Source: Candidatus Zixiibacteriota bacterium (GTDB taxonomy: Bacteria > Zixibacteria > MSB-5A5 > GN15 > FEB-12). From it: a stretch of DNA of 15,817 bases. The notes under the pieces are model-generated. The model was not told the DNA's origin and did not search any database. It worked only from the letters and a program-made list of their open reading frames with translations. Position numbers and translations under genes: made by a program. Positions 1 through 7,871 of this stretch are shown piece after piece (the stretch's first letter is position 1; each line of letters starts with the position of its first letter). The DNA lies in the NCBI GenBank assembly GCA_041742355.1, contig JBGSIV010000115.1:1-15817 (forward strand). The letters run 5' to 3'.

Positions 1-1117
1 CCTGCCGCGCCCGCAACGGCACCACCCCGGCCAGGTACGGCACCGGGCGCAACGGGTACAGCCGGACATCGTAGTACGGCCGCTTCTCCGGCTGCCAAGA
101 GTGGTGCCAGCTCTTGTCCGTGACGAAATTCACCTCGTCCACCGTTTCGTCGGCGAACGCCCGCGCCAGCATGTGCTCGACCAGCAGTACCCCCGGCGAG
201 CAGTGCGCGTAGGCTTCGTCGAATCCGATCTTCCAGACCGACAGCGTCCGCCCGCTGCGCACCGCCAGATGCGCGGCGACAGTCTCTCCCCCCACCCGCA
301 GGAAATGCCACTCCAGCACGCCGCAGCGATACAGGCGCGCCGTCAGCGCCCGGTAGAAGCGCGCGAGGCTCTCATCTTCGCCGATCGCCGAACCGATCCG
401 CCCCTTCCAGCCCGCCGCTTCTACCCGTATGAACAACTCCAGGTGCTCCGGGCGGGCCTCGGCTCCGGCCAGAAACTCCGCCTCAAGCTCCCCCACTTCG
501 GCAGCCTTGTTGCGCGCCCGCTTGAGTTGCCGGCGAAAATTCGACGACAGGCCGCGGTGATACTCGGCCCAGTTCCCCGATGTCCCCACGACGGAGACCT
601 GCCCCCCCGGCGACCGCAGCACCCGGCTCCTCGGAACCGGACATACCGTCGAAACCAACGGCGATGTCCGGTCGAGCTTCGCAAACTCCAGGCCGAACCA
701 CCCCGGCGCCACCTCGTCCAACGCTTCGCGGAACTTCGCCATGACCGCCGCTTCATACTCCGGCGCCGTTACCAGATCAACCGAGTACAGGTGGGGATCA
801 CGAGGCTGGCGAAACATCGTCACTCGCCGTCCCAACACACTGACCGACTCCTCCGACAACGGCAGCACTCCGACTAGACGATTCCCGGCAAACGCCGCCA
901 GGCACAACCAGCGCTGATCCGGCGGTCGCCGCACTTCGAGGTAGCTCGCCACCCACGCGAAGGAAAGCATGGGCAGCCGACCCGGGCCTGAAAACACCAG
1001 ATCGTTCCACCCGGCGGCGATCTCCTCTATTTCCGCCAGCCCGGTCAACACCAGCACCGTCACCGCAGCGGCGCTCGACAGCGCGGCCGCGTCCATGTCG
1101 CCAGTCCGAGAGTCCAT
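1..1117 (-). CDS. GNAT-family N-acyltransferase, CelD/BcsL-like (Acetyltransf_6); 3' end truncated by window edge
   Basis: Hand translation of the minus strand from ATG 1117 (or in-frame ATG 1096) is open to position 2: MDAAALSS...IAAGWNDLVFSGPGRLPMLSFAWVASYL...LVGVLPL...GNWAEYHRGLSSNFRRQLKRARNK...VEAAGWKG...WKIGFDEAYAHCSPGVLLVEHML. These motifs (W..L, LSxNFRxxLxR, xWK, YAxxSPGxLL) typify CelD/BcsL-like GNATs. Not in the ORF track because no stop falls in the window. Confidence 0.85.
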   Translation of the reverse strand, partial: MDSRTGDMDAAALSSAAAVTVLVLTGLAEIEEIAAGWNDLVFSGPGRLPMLSFAWVASYLEVRRPPDQRWLCLAAFAGNRLVGVLPLSEESVSVLGRRVTMFRQPRDPHLYSVDLVTAPEYEAAVMAKFREALDEVAPGWFGLEFAKLDRTSPLVSTVCPVPRSRVLRSPGGQVSVVGTSGNWAEYHRGLSSNFRRQLKRARNKAAEVGELEAEFLAGAEARPEHLELFIRVEAAGWKGRIGSAIGEDESLARFYRALTARLYRCGVLEWHFLRVGGETVAAHLAVRSGRTLSVWKIGFDEAYAHCSPGVLLVEHMLARAFADETVDEVNFVTDKSWHHSWQPEKRPYYDVRLYPLRPVPYLAGVVPLRARQ

Positions 1118-1244
1118 GTGATAGTGATACGCAGACTCCGCTTCCCTCCGCACGACAAAAGCCCCCCGCCCTTGTCGCCGCGCCTGCCCGAAACTGAAAT
1201 GGCTCTTTCCCCACTTTTCGAGAGCGCCTGCCCTATATCGCCGT

Positions 1245-1260
1245 TTGAAGACTGCTTCAA
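1245..1260. promoter_or_regulatory. Perfect palindrome TTGAAG-N4-CTTCAA, candidate transcription-factor operator between divergent genes
   Basis: TTGAAG at 1245-1250, ACTG, CTTCAA at 1255-1260. Lies 3 bp upstream of a plus-strand -35 and contains a possible minus-strand -35. Confidence 0.45.
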
Positions 1261-1263
1261 TCC

Positions 1264-1292
1264 TTGCCCCGGACAATACTTCCCATTACGTT
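1264..1292 (+). promoter_or_regulatory. Putative sigma70-type promoter for the second GNAT gene
   Basis: TTGCCC (1264-1269), 17 bp, TACGTT (1287-1292), about 50 bp upstream of ATG 1341. Confidence 0.45.
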
Positions 1293-1340
1293 GTCCCTGA
1301 TGTCCCGACAGCCGGGTTGAAATCCCGTATCAGCATTGTG

Positions 1341-2459
1341 ATGAAAATGATTTACGACGTAGTTACCGACCCGGGCGCCTTTGACGCCCTGAAGACAGAA
1401 TGGAACAGCCTGGCCGCGGCAAGCCCTATCGACCACGCGTTCATGCGCCATGAGTGGTTCTCCTGCTGGCTGCGCCACCTTGGCCCGGCCCGGGATATGT
1501 GCTTTGTCGTCGGGCGGCAGGCCGGCAATCTTGTCGCGTGTGCCCCTATGTTGTTAAATACCCAGCGGATCAAGAGTATCCCCGCCCGGGTCATGCAGTT
1601 CGCCGGCTCCACCATCACTCCCCGCTGCAATATCATCGCCGCTTCGCCCGACCACGCCGAGGCGCTTTTTCGCCACCTGCTTGACTACCCCGGCGTCGAC
1701 CTCCTTATCGCTCGCGGCATGGAACGAACGGTCCCCCCGACCGAAACCCTCCTTCGCGTCATTGAATCAACCGGACGGCCCGTTGCGGTCGAAACCGCCC
1801 GCTGCTCCCCTTATCTCGTCGCCGATGGCGCCTTCGAGGAGTTCCAGGACAACCTCTCCAAATCTTTCCGGACGATCCTCAAGCGCGGCGAGGCCAAGCT
1901 GTTGAAAGCCGGGGAGGTGCGGTACCAGAAGATCACCCGCCACGCCGATCTCCAGGGCCATTTGCCCGAACTGGTCGAAATCTCGGCCCGAAGCTGGAAA
2001 GCCGCCGAAAACACCGACCTCAAGTCCCTTCCCCGGGTCGTCTCGTTCCTCGAGGAATTCAGCCGTATCGGCGAACCGGACAACCTCTGGGAGGCCTGGA
2101 TTCTCCACCTCAACGGCCACCCCATCGCGTTTGACTATTACCTCGGGGGCCCCCGCAGTCTTTCCCTCATCCGCACCGACTTCGACCTCGCCCACAAGGA
2201 CTTGAGCCCGGGCCACAACCTTCAGATGGCAATCCTCCGCGACCTGTTCGCCCGCGACGGCACCTGGGAGTATGACATGGGTGGGCAGCCCTATGAGTAT
2301 AAACTGCGCTGGACATCGAAGATCCGCGAACACGTCGATATCTGGACTTCCGGCCGTCGCAACTGGGGCCGCCTCCTCATGTTCGGCAAACAGCGCCTCC
2401 TCCCTCTCCTGTCCAGTGCCGACACTCCTTCCGATTCGCCGCCTTCCGACGCTAACTGA
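1341..2459 (+). CDS. GNAT-family N-acyltransferase, CelD/BcsL-like (Acetyltransf_6)
   Basis: MKMIYDVVTDPGAFDALKTEWNSL...FMRHEWFSCW...LVACAPM...FEEFQDNLSKSFRTILKR...ISARSWKA...FDLAHKDLSPGHNL...YDMGGQPYEYKLRW. Start placed at ATG 1341 (or 1347) rather than TTG 1245 because the family-typical N-terminus begins there and a promoter-like element lies in between. Stop TGA 2457-2459. Confidence 0.85.
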   Translation: MKMIYDVVTDPGAFDALKTEWNSLAAASPIDHAFMRHEWFSCWLRHLGPARDMCFVVGRQAGNLVACAPMLLNTQRIKSIPARVMQFAGSTITPRCNIIAASPDHAEALFRHLLDYPGVDLLIARGMERTVPPTETLLRVIESTGRPVAVETARCSPYLVADGAFEEFQDNLSKSFRTILKRGEAKLLKAGEVRYQKITRHADLQGHLPELVEISARSWKAAENTDLKSLPRVVSFLEEFSRIGEPDNLWEAWILHLNGHPIAFDYYLGGPRSLSLIRTDFDLAHKDLSPGHNLQMAILRDLFARDGTWEYDMGGQPYEYKLRWTSKIREHVDIWTSGRRNWGRLLMFGKQRLLPLLSSADTPSDSPPSDAN

Positions 2460-2553
2460 TGTAATGCCAACCGCATTCACAGCCGACAATGGAGTAAAAC
2501 GGAACCCCGTCGAACCGACCGGCGTTACAAACCGTACACCGGCGGACACGCCC

Positions 2554-2595
2554 CGGCAACGCAAAGGTCTCTTCCGTTCCATTTTGCCGTTGCCG
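2554..2595. repeat. Inverted repeat CGGCAACGCAAA...TTTGCCGTTGCCG (12-bp arms, one bulged C)
   Basis: Left arm 2554-2565, right arm 2583-2595. The right arm overlaps the -35 of the promoter below. Confidence 0.6.
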
Positions 2596-2618
2596 CCAAC
2601 CGTTCGCCGCCGTACTTT
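2590..2618 (+). promoter_or_regulatory. Putative sigma70-type promoter of the main operon
   Basis: TTGCCG (2590-2595), 17 bp, TACTTT (2613-2618). Purine-rich RBS-like AAGGGA at 2653-2658 precedes ATG 2666. Confidence 0.5.
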
Positions 2619-2665
2619 GCCCACGGGCCGGTGCTGACCGACTGGAATTCACAAGGGAAATCATT

Positions 2666-3757
2666 ATGAGAAGACGTTTTGCATTAATTGTCGCCGTTTC
2701 ACTGCTGATGGCCGCCTCCCTGTCCGCCCGCACCCAGCGCGTCTCCATCATCTTCGTCCACTACTCCGTGGGCACCAGCATCGTCCAGGGTTACTGCTGG
2801 GGCGACACGTGGAATCGCAACATCACCGAGACGCTCGACACGATGTCGGTCACCTACGGCATCGACACCGCCCGCATCGTCTTCCACTCCTACCGCATGA
2901 ACAACGATGTCGGCCGTGACGCCCTCAGCGACACCCTTCCGGGGGCCGCCGAAAACGGCTGCATGTTCGATCGGTTCACCAACTTCACCTACGACCTTGT
3001 CACCAGCAACTACAACCGCATGCGTATCTGGAATTCCGATGGCGGCTTCAGCGGCGCCGCGTACGCCGGACTCCTGGACTACTTCTTTGCCGCCCCCAAC
3101 AAGGAAAACCAGCGCTTCTGGGATCTCTTTAAGACACACAAGACGCCGACCCATTTCGCCGATTCCGTCGTCGAGGAGAACGGGTACGACCTTGTCATCA
3201 TCAAGAACCCCTACGCCTGCTGGTTCCAGATGACCCAGCGTCAGGCCGACAGCATCAGAGTCCTGTACCGCGCCGTCCGCGACTCGGTCGCCGCCCACCC
3301 CGAGATAAACGTCGCCCTCGCTTTCGGTACCCCGCTGCGTCTCGGCCACGAGGTCTACGACTCGGCCCAGGCCAAAATCACCTACGACCTCGCCACCTGG
3401 TTCGCCGGCGACCAGTTCTTCACCCACACCAACACTGGCGCGTATAAGAATCTCTGGAAGTGGGACTCCTACCGCCCGATGTGTGAAATGACCCCCGGTG
3501 CGGCCAACAAGTACTGCCTCAAGGAGACCTATTTCGGAGGCGATGGCTCGCACCTGAACCCGCAGCTCGGCGCCACCACGGGCCAGAACAACCTGATCGA
3601 GTTCATCCGCACCGCCACTCGCGACCTCCTTATCCAACGGTCCGGTGCGGTCACCCGCGAAGACATCGACCGGAAGATTTACGAATTCAAACAGGGACTG
3701 GCCTCGCAGGAAGAGGTCCTCGACCTCATCCGACAGTACAACAACGCGGGCCAGTAA
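2666..3757 (+). CDS. Secreted protein of unknown function, possible divergent SGNH-hydrolase-like fold
   Basis: 363 aa with the same C-ending codon bias as its neighbours. Sec signal peptide MRRRFALIVAVSLLMAASLSA. N-terminal IIFVHYSVG (strand plus candidate Ser) and C-terminal GDGSHLN (DxxH). Ends in a separate helical tail. The CDS is well supported; the fold call is tentative. Confidence 0.75.
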   Translation: MRRRFALIVAVSLLMAASLSARTQRVSIIFVHYSVGTSIVQGYCWGDTWNRNITETLDTMSVTYGIDTARIVFHSYRMNNDVGRDALSDTLPGAAENGCMFDRFTNFTYDLVTSNYNRMRIWNSDGGFSGAAYAGLLDYFFAAPNKENQRFWDLFKTHKTPTHFADSVVEENGYDLVIIKNPYACWFQMTQRQADSIRVLYRAVRDSVAAHPEINVALAFGTPLRLGHEVYDSAQAKITYDLATWFAGDQFFTHTNTGAYKNLWKWDSYRPMCEMTPGAANKYCLKETYFGGDGSHLNPQLGATTGQNNLIEFIRTATRDLLIQRSGAVTREDIDRKIYEFKQGLASQEEVLDLIRQYNNAGQ

Positions 3758-3782
3758 GACATCGGTGTAAGGCAAGGATGCT

Positions 3783-4382
3783 ATGATTGGAATACTCGTT
3801 CGACGACTGCTGTTCGCATTGGGCCTCCTCGGCTCATCGCTCTTTATAGCCGTGACCCTGGCCGAGGGAGCCGCCTCCGGCGGCCGCTCGACCCGTCTCT
3901 TCGGCCAGTTCAAGGAGCTCCTCGCCGCCGTTCCGACCATCGTCGGCGACTACCTCCGCAGCGCCTTTTACTGGTCCGTCTGCCCCGGCGTCTCGACCGG
4001 CGTGCTGTTCTCCTTCGGCTCCATGGTCGCCCGCCGCGACGCCACCATTGGCTCCGGCACCGTCGTCGGCGTCTACTCTCTCATCGGCCACGCCGATATC
4101 GGCCGCAACGTTCTCCTCGGCGCCCGCGTCTCGATCATGTCCGGCAAGTACCTCCACGGCCACCCGGGCCACCGCTCCGTCGGCGAGATAGACGAATCAT
4201 CCCGCGTCCGTATCGGAGATAATTCCTGGATCGGCGAAGGCTCCCTTGTCCTCGCCAACGTCGGCCACGACTGCACGGTCGGCGCCGGAAGCGTCGTTTT
4301 GAAAGATGTCCTCGACAACGCCACCGTGATGGGCAACCCCGCCCGCAAAGTGAGCCTCGACCCCGTTTTGAAAGGTGAATGA
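3783..4382 (+). CDS. Hexapeptide-repeat (left-handed beta-helix) sugar acyl/acetyltransferase
   Basis: Repeats ATIGSG-TVVGVY-SLIGH-ADIGRN-VLLGAR, then VRIGDNSWIGEGSLVLANVGHDCTVGAGSVVLKDVLDNATVMGNPARKV, the classic LbH acetyltransferase C-terminus. AAGGA lies upstream of the ATG. Confidence 0.9.
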   Translation: MIGILVRRLLFALGLLGSSLFIAVTLAEGAASGGRSTRLFGQFKELLAAVPTIVGDYLRSAFYWSVCPGVSTGVLFSFGSMVARRDATIGSGTVVGVYSLIGHADIGRNVLLGARVSIMSGKYLHGHPGHRSVGEIDESSRVRIGDNSWIGEGSLVLANVGHDCTVGAGSVVLKDVLDNATVMGNPARKVSLDPVLKGE

Positions 4383-5175
4383 CATGTCTGCGCTGCTGAA
4401 AGTCCTGCTCGTCGGATCCATCCTGCTCAACATCGTCGCCCTCTGGGGCTTCTACCACTACGTCCGCTACGGCGGCTCCCCGCTCGGCGAACTCAAACGC
4501 ATGCTCACCCGCACCACCCAGCAGGTCGCGCCGTCCGTTCCGTACGCCCAGGAAAACGCTCTCATCAAACAGCAGCTCGCCGACGGCGCCGCCGCCCCCA
4601 ACCGGGTCGTCTTCTTCGGCGCCTCGATCACCGCCCGCTGGGATCTCGCCGCCGCCTTTCCCGGTCTCAACGCCCAGAACCGCGGCGTCGGCAACCAGCT
4701 CGTCCCGGCCATGCTCGCCCGCTATAAGCGCGACGTCCTCGAACTCAAACCCGACGCCGTCCTCCTCAAATTCTGCTCCATCAACGTCCGGCCTTTCATG
4801 CCCCTCTCGGTCATGCAGGACGGAATGATGATGATGGTCGACCTCGCCCGTTCTCACGGGATCCGGCCCATCGTCTGCACTATCATCCCCGCGGGCAAGC
4901 CCGAGGCTCGCATCGGCGACTTCAGCGTCGTCGACACGCTCAACAGCTTCAACGTCTGGCTTCGCGCCTACGCCGCCGAGAACGCGCTCCCCATCGTCGA
5001 CTACGCTGCGGCCATCTCCGATGCCGAGAACCTCCTCCCCCGCGAGTACTCCGTCGACCCGGTCCATGTCAACGACGCCGGCTACGAGATTTTAGCCCGC
5101 ACCGCCCGACCCGTTATCGACAGCGTCCTGGCCGCCGGCACCTTGACCGCGTCGACCCAAACCGCCCGGCCGTAA
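4375..5175 (+). CDS. SGNH/GDSL-family esterase or O-acyltransferase with N-terminal membrane anchor
   Basis: N-terminal TM segment LLKVLLVGSILLNIVALWGFY, block I VVFFGASIT, block II NRGVGNQ, block V DPVHVN. Start is GTG 4375 or ATG 4384, abutting the upstream stop. Confidence 0.85.
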   Translation: MNDMSALLKVLLVGSILLNIVALWGFYHYVRYGGSPLGELKRMLTRTTQQVAPSVPYAQENALIKQQLADGAAAPNRVVFFGASITARWDLAAAFPGLNAQNRGVGNQLVPAMLARYKRDVLELKPDAVLLKFCSINVRPFMPLSVMQDGMMMMVDLARSHGIRPIVCTIIPAGKPEARIGDFSVVDTLNSFNVWLRAYAAENALPIVDYAAAISDAENLLPREYSVDPVHVNDAGYEILARTARPVIDSVLAAGTLTASTQTARP

Positions 5176-5193
5176 CCTTTCGGCGCGGGGAGA

Positions 5194-6303
5194 ATGTATG
5201 AACCTGATCCGACTGACCGAAAGGCAGTGATGAAGAAGCTGTTCCGGAGCATAGCCGAATTCGCCGCCTGCCACCTGGGACTCTCCCGTCTCCCTTTTGC
5301 CGCCTGCCGCCTGGTCCACCGACGGCACATTCTCACCGCCTTCGTCTACCATCGCGTGATCGACCGCTCCGCGACCCGCACCTTCTATACCGACTACGAC
5401 CGAGGTCTCGACACCGACGTTTTCCGCAACCACCTCGACATTCTCCGAAAGCACTTCAGGCTGGTCGACCTCGGCGAGTTCATCGACCTCGCCTCGGGGA
5501 AGAAACCCGTTACCGAAAACTCCGGCCTGATTACGTTCGACGACGCCGACTCCGAATTCATCACCTACGCCCTGCCCGCCCTGGTGGAACGCAATATCCC
5601 GGCCGTCATGATGGCCCCGACCGGCTTCATCGGCACCAGGAACCAGATCTGGCATGTCCGTATTTCGACGATCATCATGGCCGCCACCCAGGCGGAATGG
5701 GAAATACTCCGCAGCCGCGTCCATGACTGGCCCCAGCCGGTCGCCGACATCCTGCGTGCCACCGATGCTATAGGCCCGGTCGCCGACCGACGCCCCCTCT
5801 GCCGTTCGATCAACTTCGCCCTCGATAGAGTTCACCACAGCCTGGTTGACCAGATGGTGATAACCTGGGAAAACCTCGTGCGGCCCGCGATTACTCTGCC
5901 CATCTGGTGCATGGACTGGGAGCAGCTCAAGCACCTCGAAGCACACGGCGTCGACGTGGAGTCCCACACCGAGAAGCACTACAAGCTGACCATGGTTTCC
6001 GATGCCGACCTGCGGTGCGAACTGGTGAACTCCAAGCACCAGTTGGAAGCCCGCCTCGGAAAGTGCATCCGCGCCATCGCCTACCCCCAGGGTCGTTACG
6101 AAGAACGCGTCGGTGAGGCCGCCGCCGCCGCCGGCTACCAGATCGGCTTCACCACCGTTCGCACGTTCTGCCCCTACCCTCGCCAGGGTCTCGATATGTT
6201 CGCGGTTCCCCGGATCGATATCCACGGCGACACCCGCCCCCAAATTGACCTCCACCTAGCCCGGATTGGTGTACAGTGTCTGCTGAAAATAATGCCCTGG
6301 TAG
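5194..6303 (+). CDS. Polysaccharide deacetylase (NodB homology, carbohydrate esterase family 4)
   Basis: VYHRV, LITFDDA (motif 1), APTGFIG, MDWEQLKHL, VESHTEKH (metal-binding H-x3-H), ELVNSKHQLE, IAYPQG, AVPRI. Alternative start ATG 5230. Confidence 0.9.
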   Translation: MYEPDPTDRKAVMKKLFRSIAEFAACHLGLSRLPFAACRLVHRRHILTAFVYHRVIDRSATRTFYTDYDRGLDTDVFRNHLDILRKHFRLVDLGEFIDLASGKKPVTENSGLITFDDADSEFITYALPALVERNIPAVMMAPTGFIGTRNQIWHVRISTIIMAATQAEWEILRSRVHDWPQPVADILRATDAIGPVADRRPLCRSINFALDRVHHSLVDQMVITWENLVRPAITLPIWCMDWEQLKHLEAHGVDVESHTEKHYKLTMVSDADLRCELVNSKHQLEARLGKCIRAIAYPQGRYEERVGEAAAAAGYQIGFTTVRTFCPYPRQGLDMFAVPRIDIHGDTRPQIDLHLARIGVQCLLKIMPW

Positions 6304-7841
6304 ATCCCAAGAAACGGTTGCTCCGCAACGTCACGTCGAACTGGGTGCAGATGGCTATCTACTCGGCCACCGCGCTCATCATGACGCCGATTCTCGTCCA
6401 CTCCCTCGGCAAGGATGCCTACGGGATCTGGGCCCTCATCTATTCCATCATCCACTACACCAACTTCTTCGACGTCGGCTTCAAGCAGAGCCTCGCCCGC
6501 TTTCTCCCGAAGTACTACGCCACCCGGGACTACGACAAGCTCAACGAGGTCGTGAACTCCAGCAACCTCATCTACCTCATCTCCGGCACGCTCGTGCTCG
6601 CCACCACGATCGTCATCGCCGCCTTCTTCGTCGACTGGTTCCAGGTCCCGCCCGAGATGCACTCCCTCATGCGCATCGTCCTAATTATCATGGGCGTCAA
6701 CCACGCCTTCTACTTCTTCCTCATGGCCGGAACCGCCCTCGGACCGTTCCACCGCTACGATCTCATGAACACCATCGAGATCGTCAAGACCATTGTCGGC
6801 ACCGCCGTCGTCATCTGGCTCGTGAAGAACGGCTACGGCCTGCTCGCGCTGGCCATCGTCACCTTCCTCTCCAGCTTCGGCGGCCTCCTCGTGAAACGGT
6901 ACTTCCAGCACCGCATCGTCCCGGAAATCAAGTACGACTTCCGCTACGTCAACAAACAGCGCATCCGGGAGCTCTTCAACTACGGCGCCGTCAGCTTCCT
7001 CATCGTCATGTCCTGGATCGTGATCTTCAGCAAGGACAACATCGTCGTCGCCAAGTTCATCTCCCTCGAAGCCGTCGCCTACTTCAACGTCGCCGGCACC
7101 ATTATCAGCAACCTGCGCTCCATCGTCTCGGCCATCGGCATCCCCCTCGTCCCGGCCATCAGCCACCTCGACGCCACCAGCGACCTGCGGGAAATCGCCG
7201 CGCTCGAGCGCAAACTCAACCGCTACCTCTACTACATGTCCGTCCTCATCTGCGTCGGCTTCCTCTTTTTCGCCGACGACTTCATCAACCAGTGGATGGG
7301 CCCCGGCTTCCAGACGACCATCAACATCATGCTTATTCTCATTGTCCCGACCTGCATCTTCCTCCCCCAGATGGTCTCGAACTCGGTGCTCCTGGGCATC
7401 GGCAAGCACCGCGCCCTGCTCTATGTCCTCGGCCTTGAAGCCGTCTCTAACGTCTCGCTCAGCATCGCGCTCGTCCACGTCTGGGGCGTCTACGGCGTCG
7501 CGCTGGGGACCGCCATCCCGCAGGTGATTATCTACCTGTTCATCTACCCGTATGTCTTCCACCGCGCCATCCGCGCCAGCCTCAAGGATTTCTACCGCGA
7601 GAGCGGTATCGCCGTCATTACCGGGACGATCTTCGTCCTCCCGGTCGCCTGGCTGGCCAACTACATTCCCTGGGGCGGCTGGCCCGGGTTCGTCCTCAAA
7701 GTCGGGCTCGTTTCCGCAGTCGGCTTCGCCGGCTTCATATGGCGCATGCTTGAACCGAACGACCGCCGCCGCATATTCGGCTTCCTCCATCGCAAGCCGC
7801 CTATTGCCGTCGTTGAAAGCCATCCGGTCAAGGAAGCATAG
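6276..7841 (+). CDS. wzx: Wzx-type oligosaccharide flippase (polysaccharide biosynthesis membrane protein)
   Basis: 521 aa with many hydrophobic segments. LLRNVTSNW...TPILVHSLGKDAYGIWAL...DVGF...LARF, ELFNYG, DNIVVAKF...VAYFNVA, WMGPGF, WGVYGVALGT. Overlaps the deacetylase stop by 28 nt. Confidence 0.88.
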   Translation: MSAENNALVDPKKRLLRNVTSNWVQMAIYSATALIMTPILVHSLGKDAYGIWALIYSIIHYTNFFDVGFKQSLARFLPKYYATRDYDKLNEVVNSSNLIYLISGTLVLATTIVIAAFFVDWFQVPPEMHSLMRIVLIIMGVNHAFYFFLMAGTALGPFHRYDLMNTIEIVKTIVGTAVVIWLVKNGYGLLALAIVTFLSSFGGLLVKRYFQHRIVPEIKYDFRYVNKQRIRELFNYGAVSFLIVMSWIVIFSKDNIVVAKFISLEAVAYFNVAGTIISNLRSIVSAIGIPLVPAISHLDATSDLREIAALERKLNRYLYYMSVLICVGFLFFADDFINQWMGPGFQTTINIMLILIVPTCIFLPQMVSNSVLLGIGKHRALLYVLGLEAVSNVSLSIALVHVWGVYGVALGTAIPQVIIYLFIYPYVFHRAIRASLKDFYRESGIAVITGTIFVLPVAWLANYIPWGGWPGFVLKVGLVSAVGFAGFIWRMLEPNDRRRIFGFLHRKPPIAVVESHPVKEA

Positions 7842-7871
7842 AAGTACCTTTAAGCGTAAAGACCGTTACCC

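Noticed and set aside
101..877. 258-aa plus-strand ORF
   Set aside because: Arg/Pro-rich antisense shadow of the real minus-strand GNAT gene; no recognisable motifs.
1245..1340. TTG start extending the second GNAT by 32 codons
   Set aside because: The extension covers a palindrome and a promoter-like element, and the family-typical N-terminus begins at ATG 1341.
2554..2595. Inverted repeat as a Rho-independent terminator
   Set aside because: 17-nt loop and no U-tract after the stem on either strand.
4825..4836. (ATG)4 microsatellite, and C7 run at 602-608, as phase-variation tracts
   Set aside because: Both are short, both reading frames are intact, and a triplet repeat would not shift frame.
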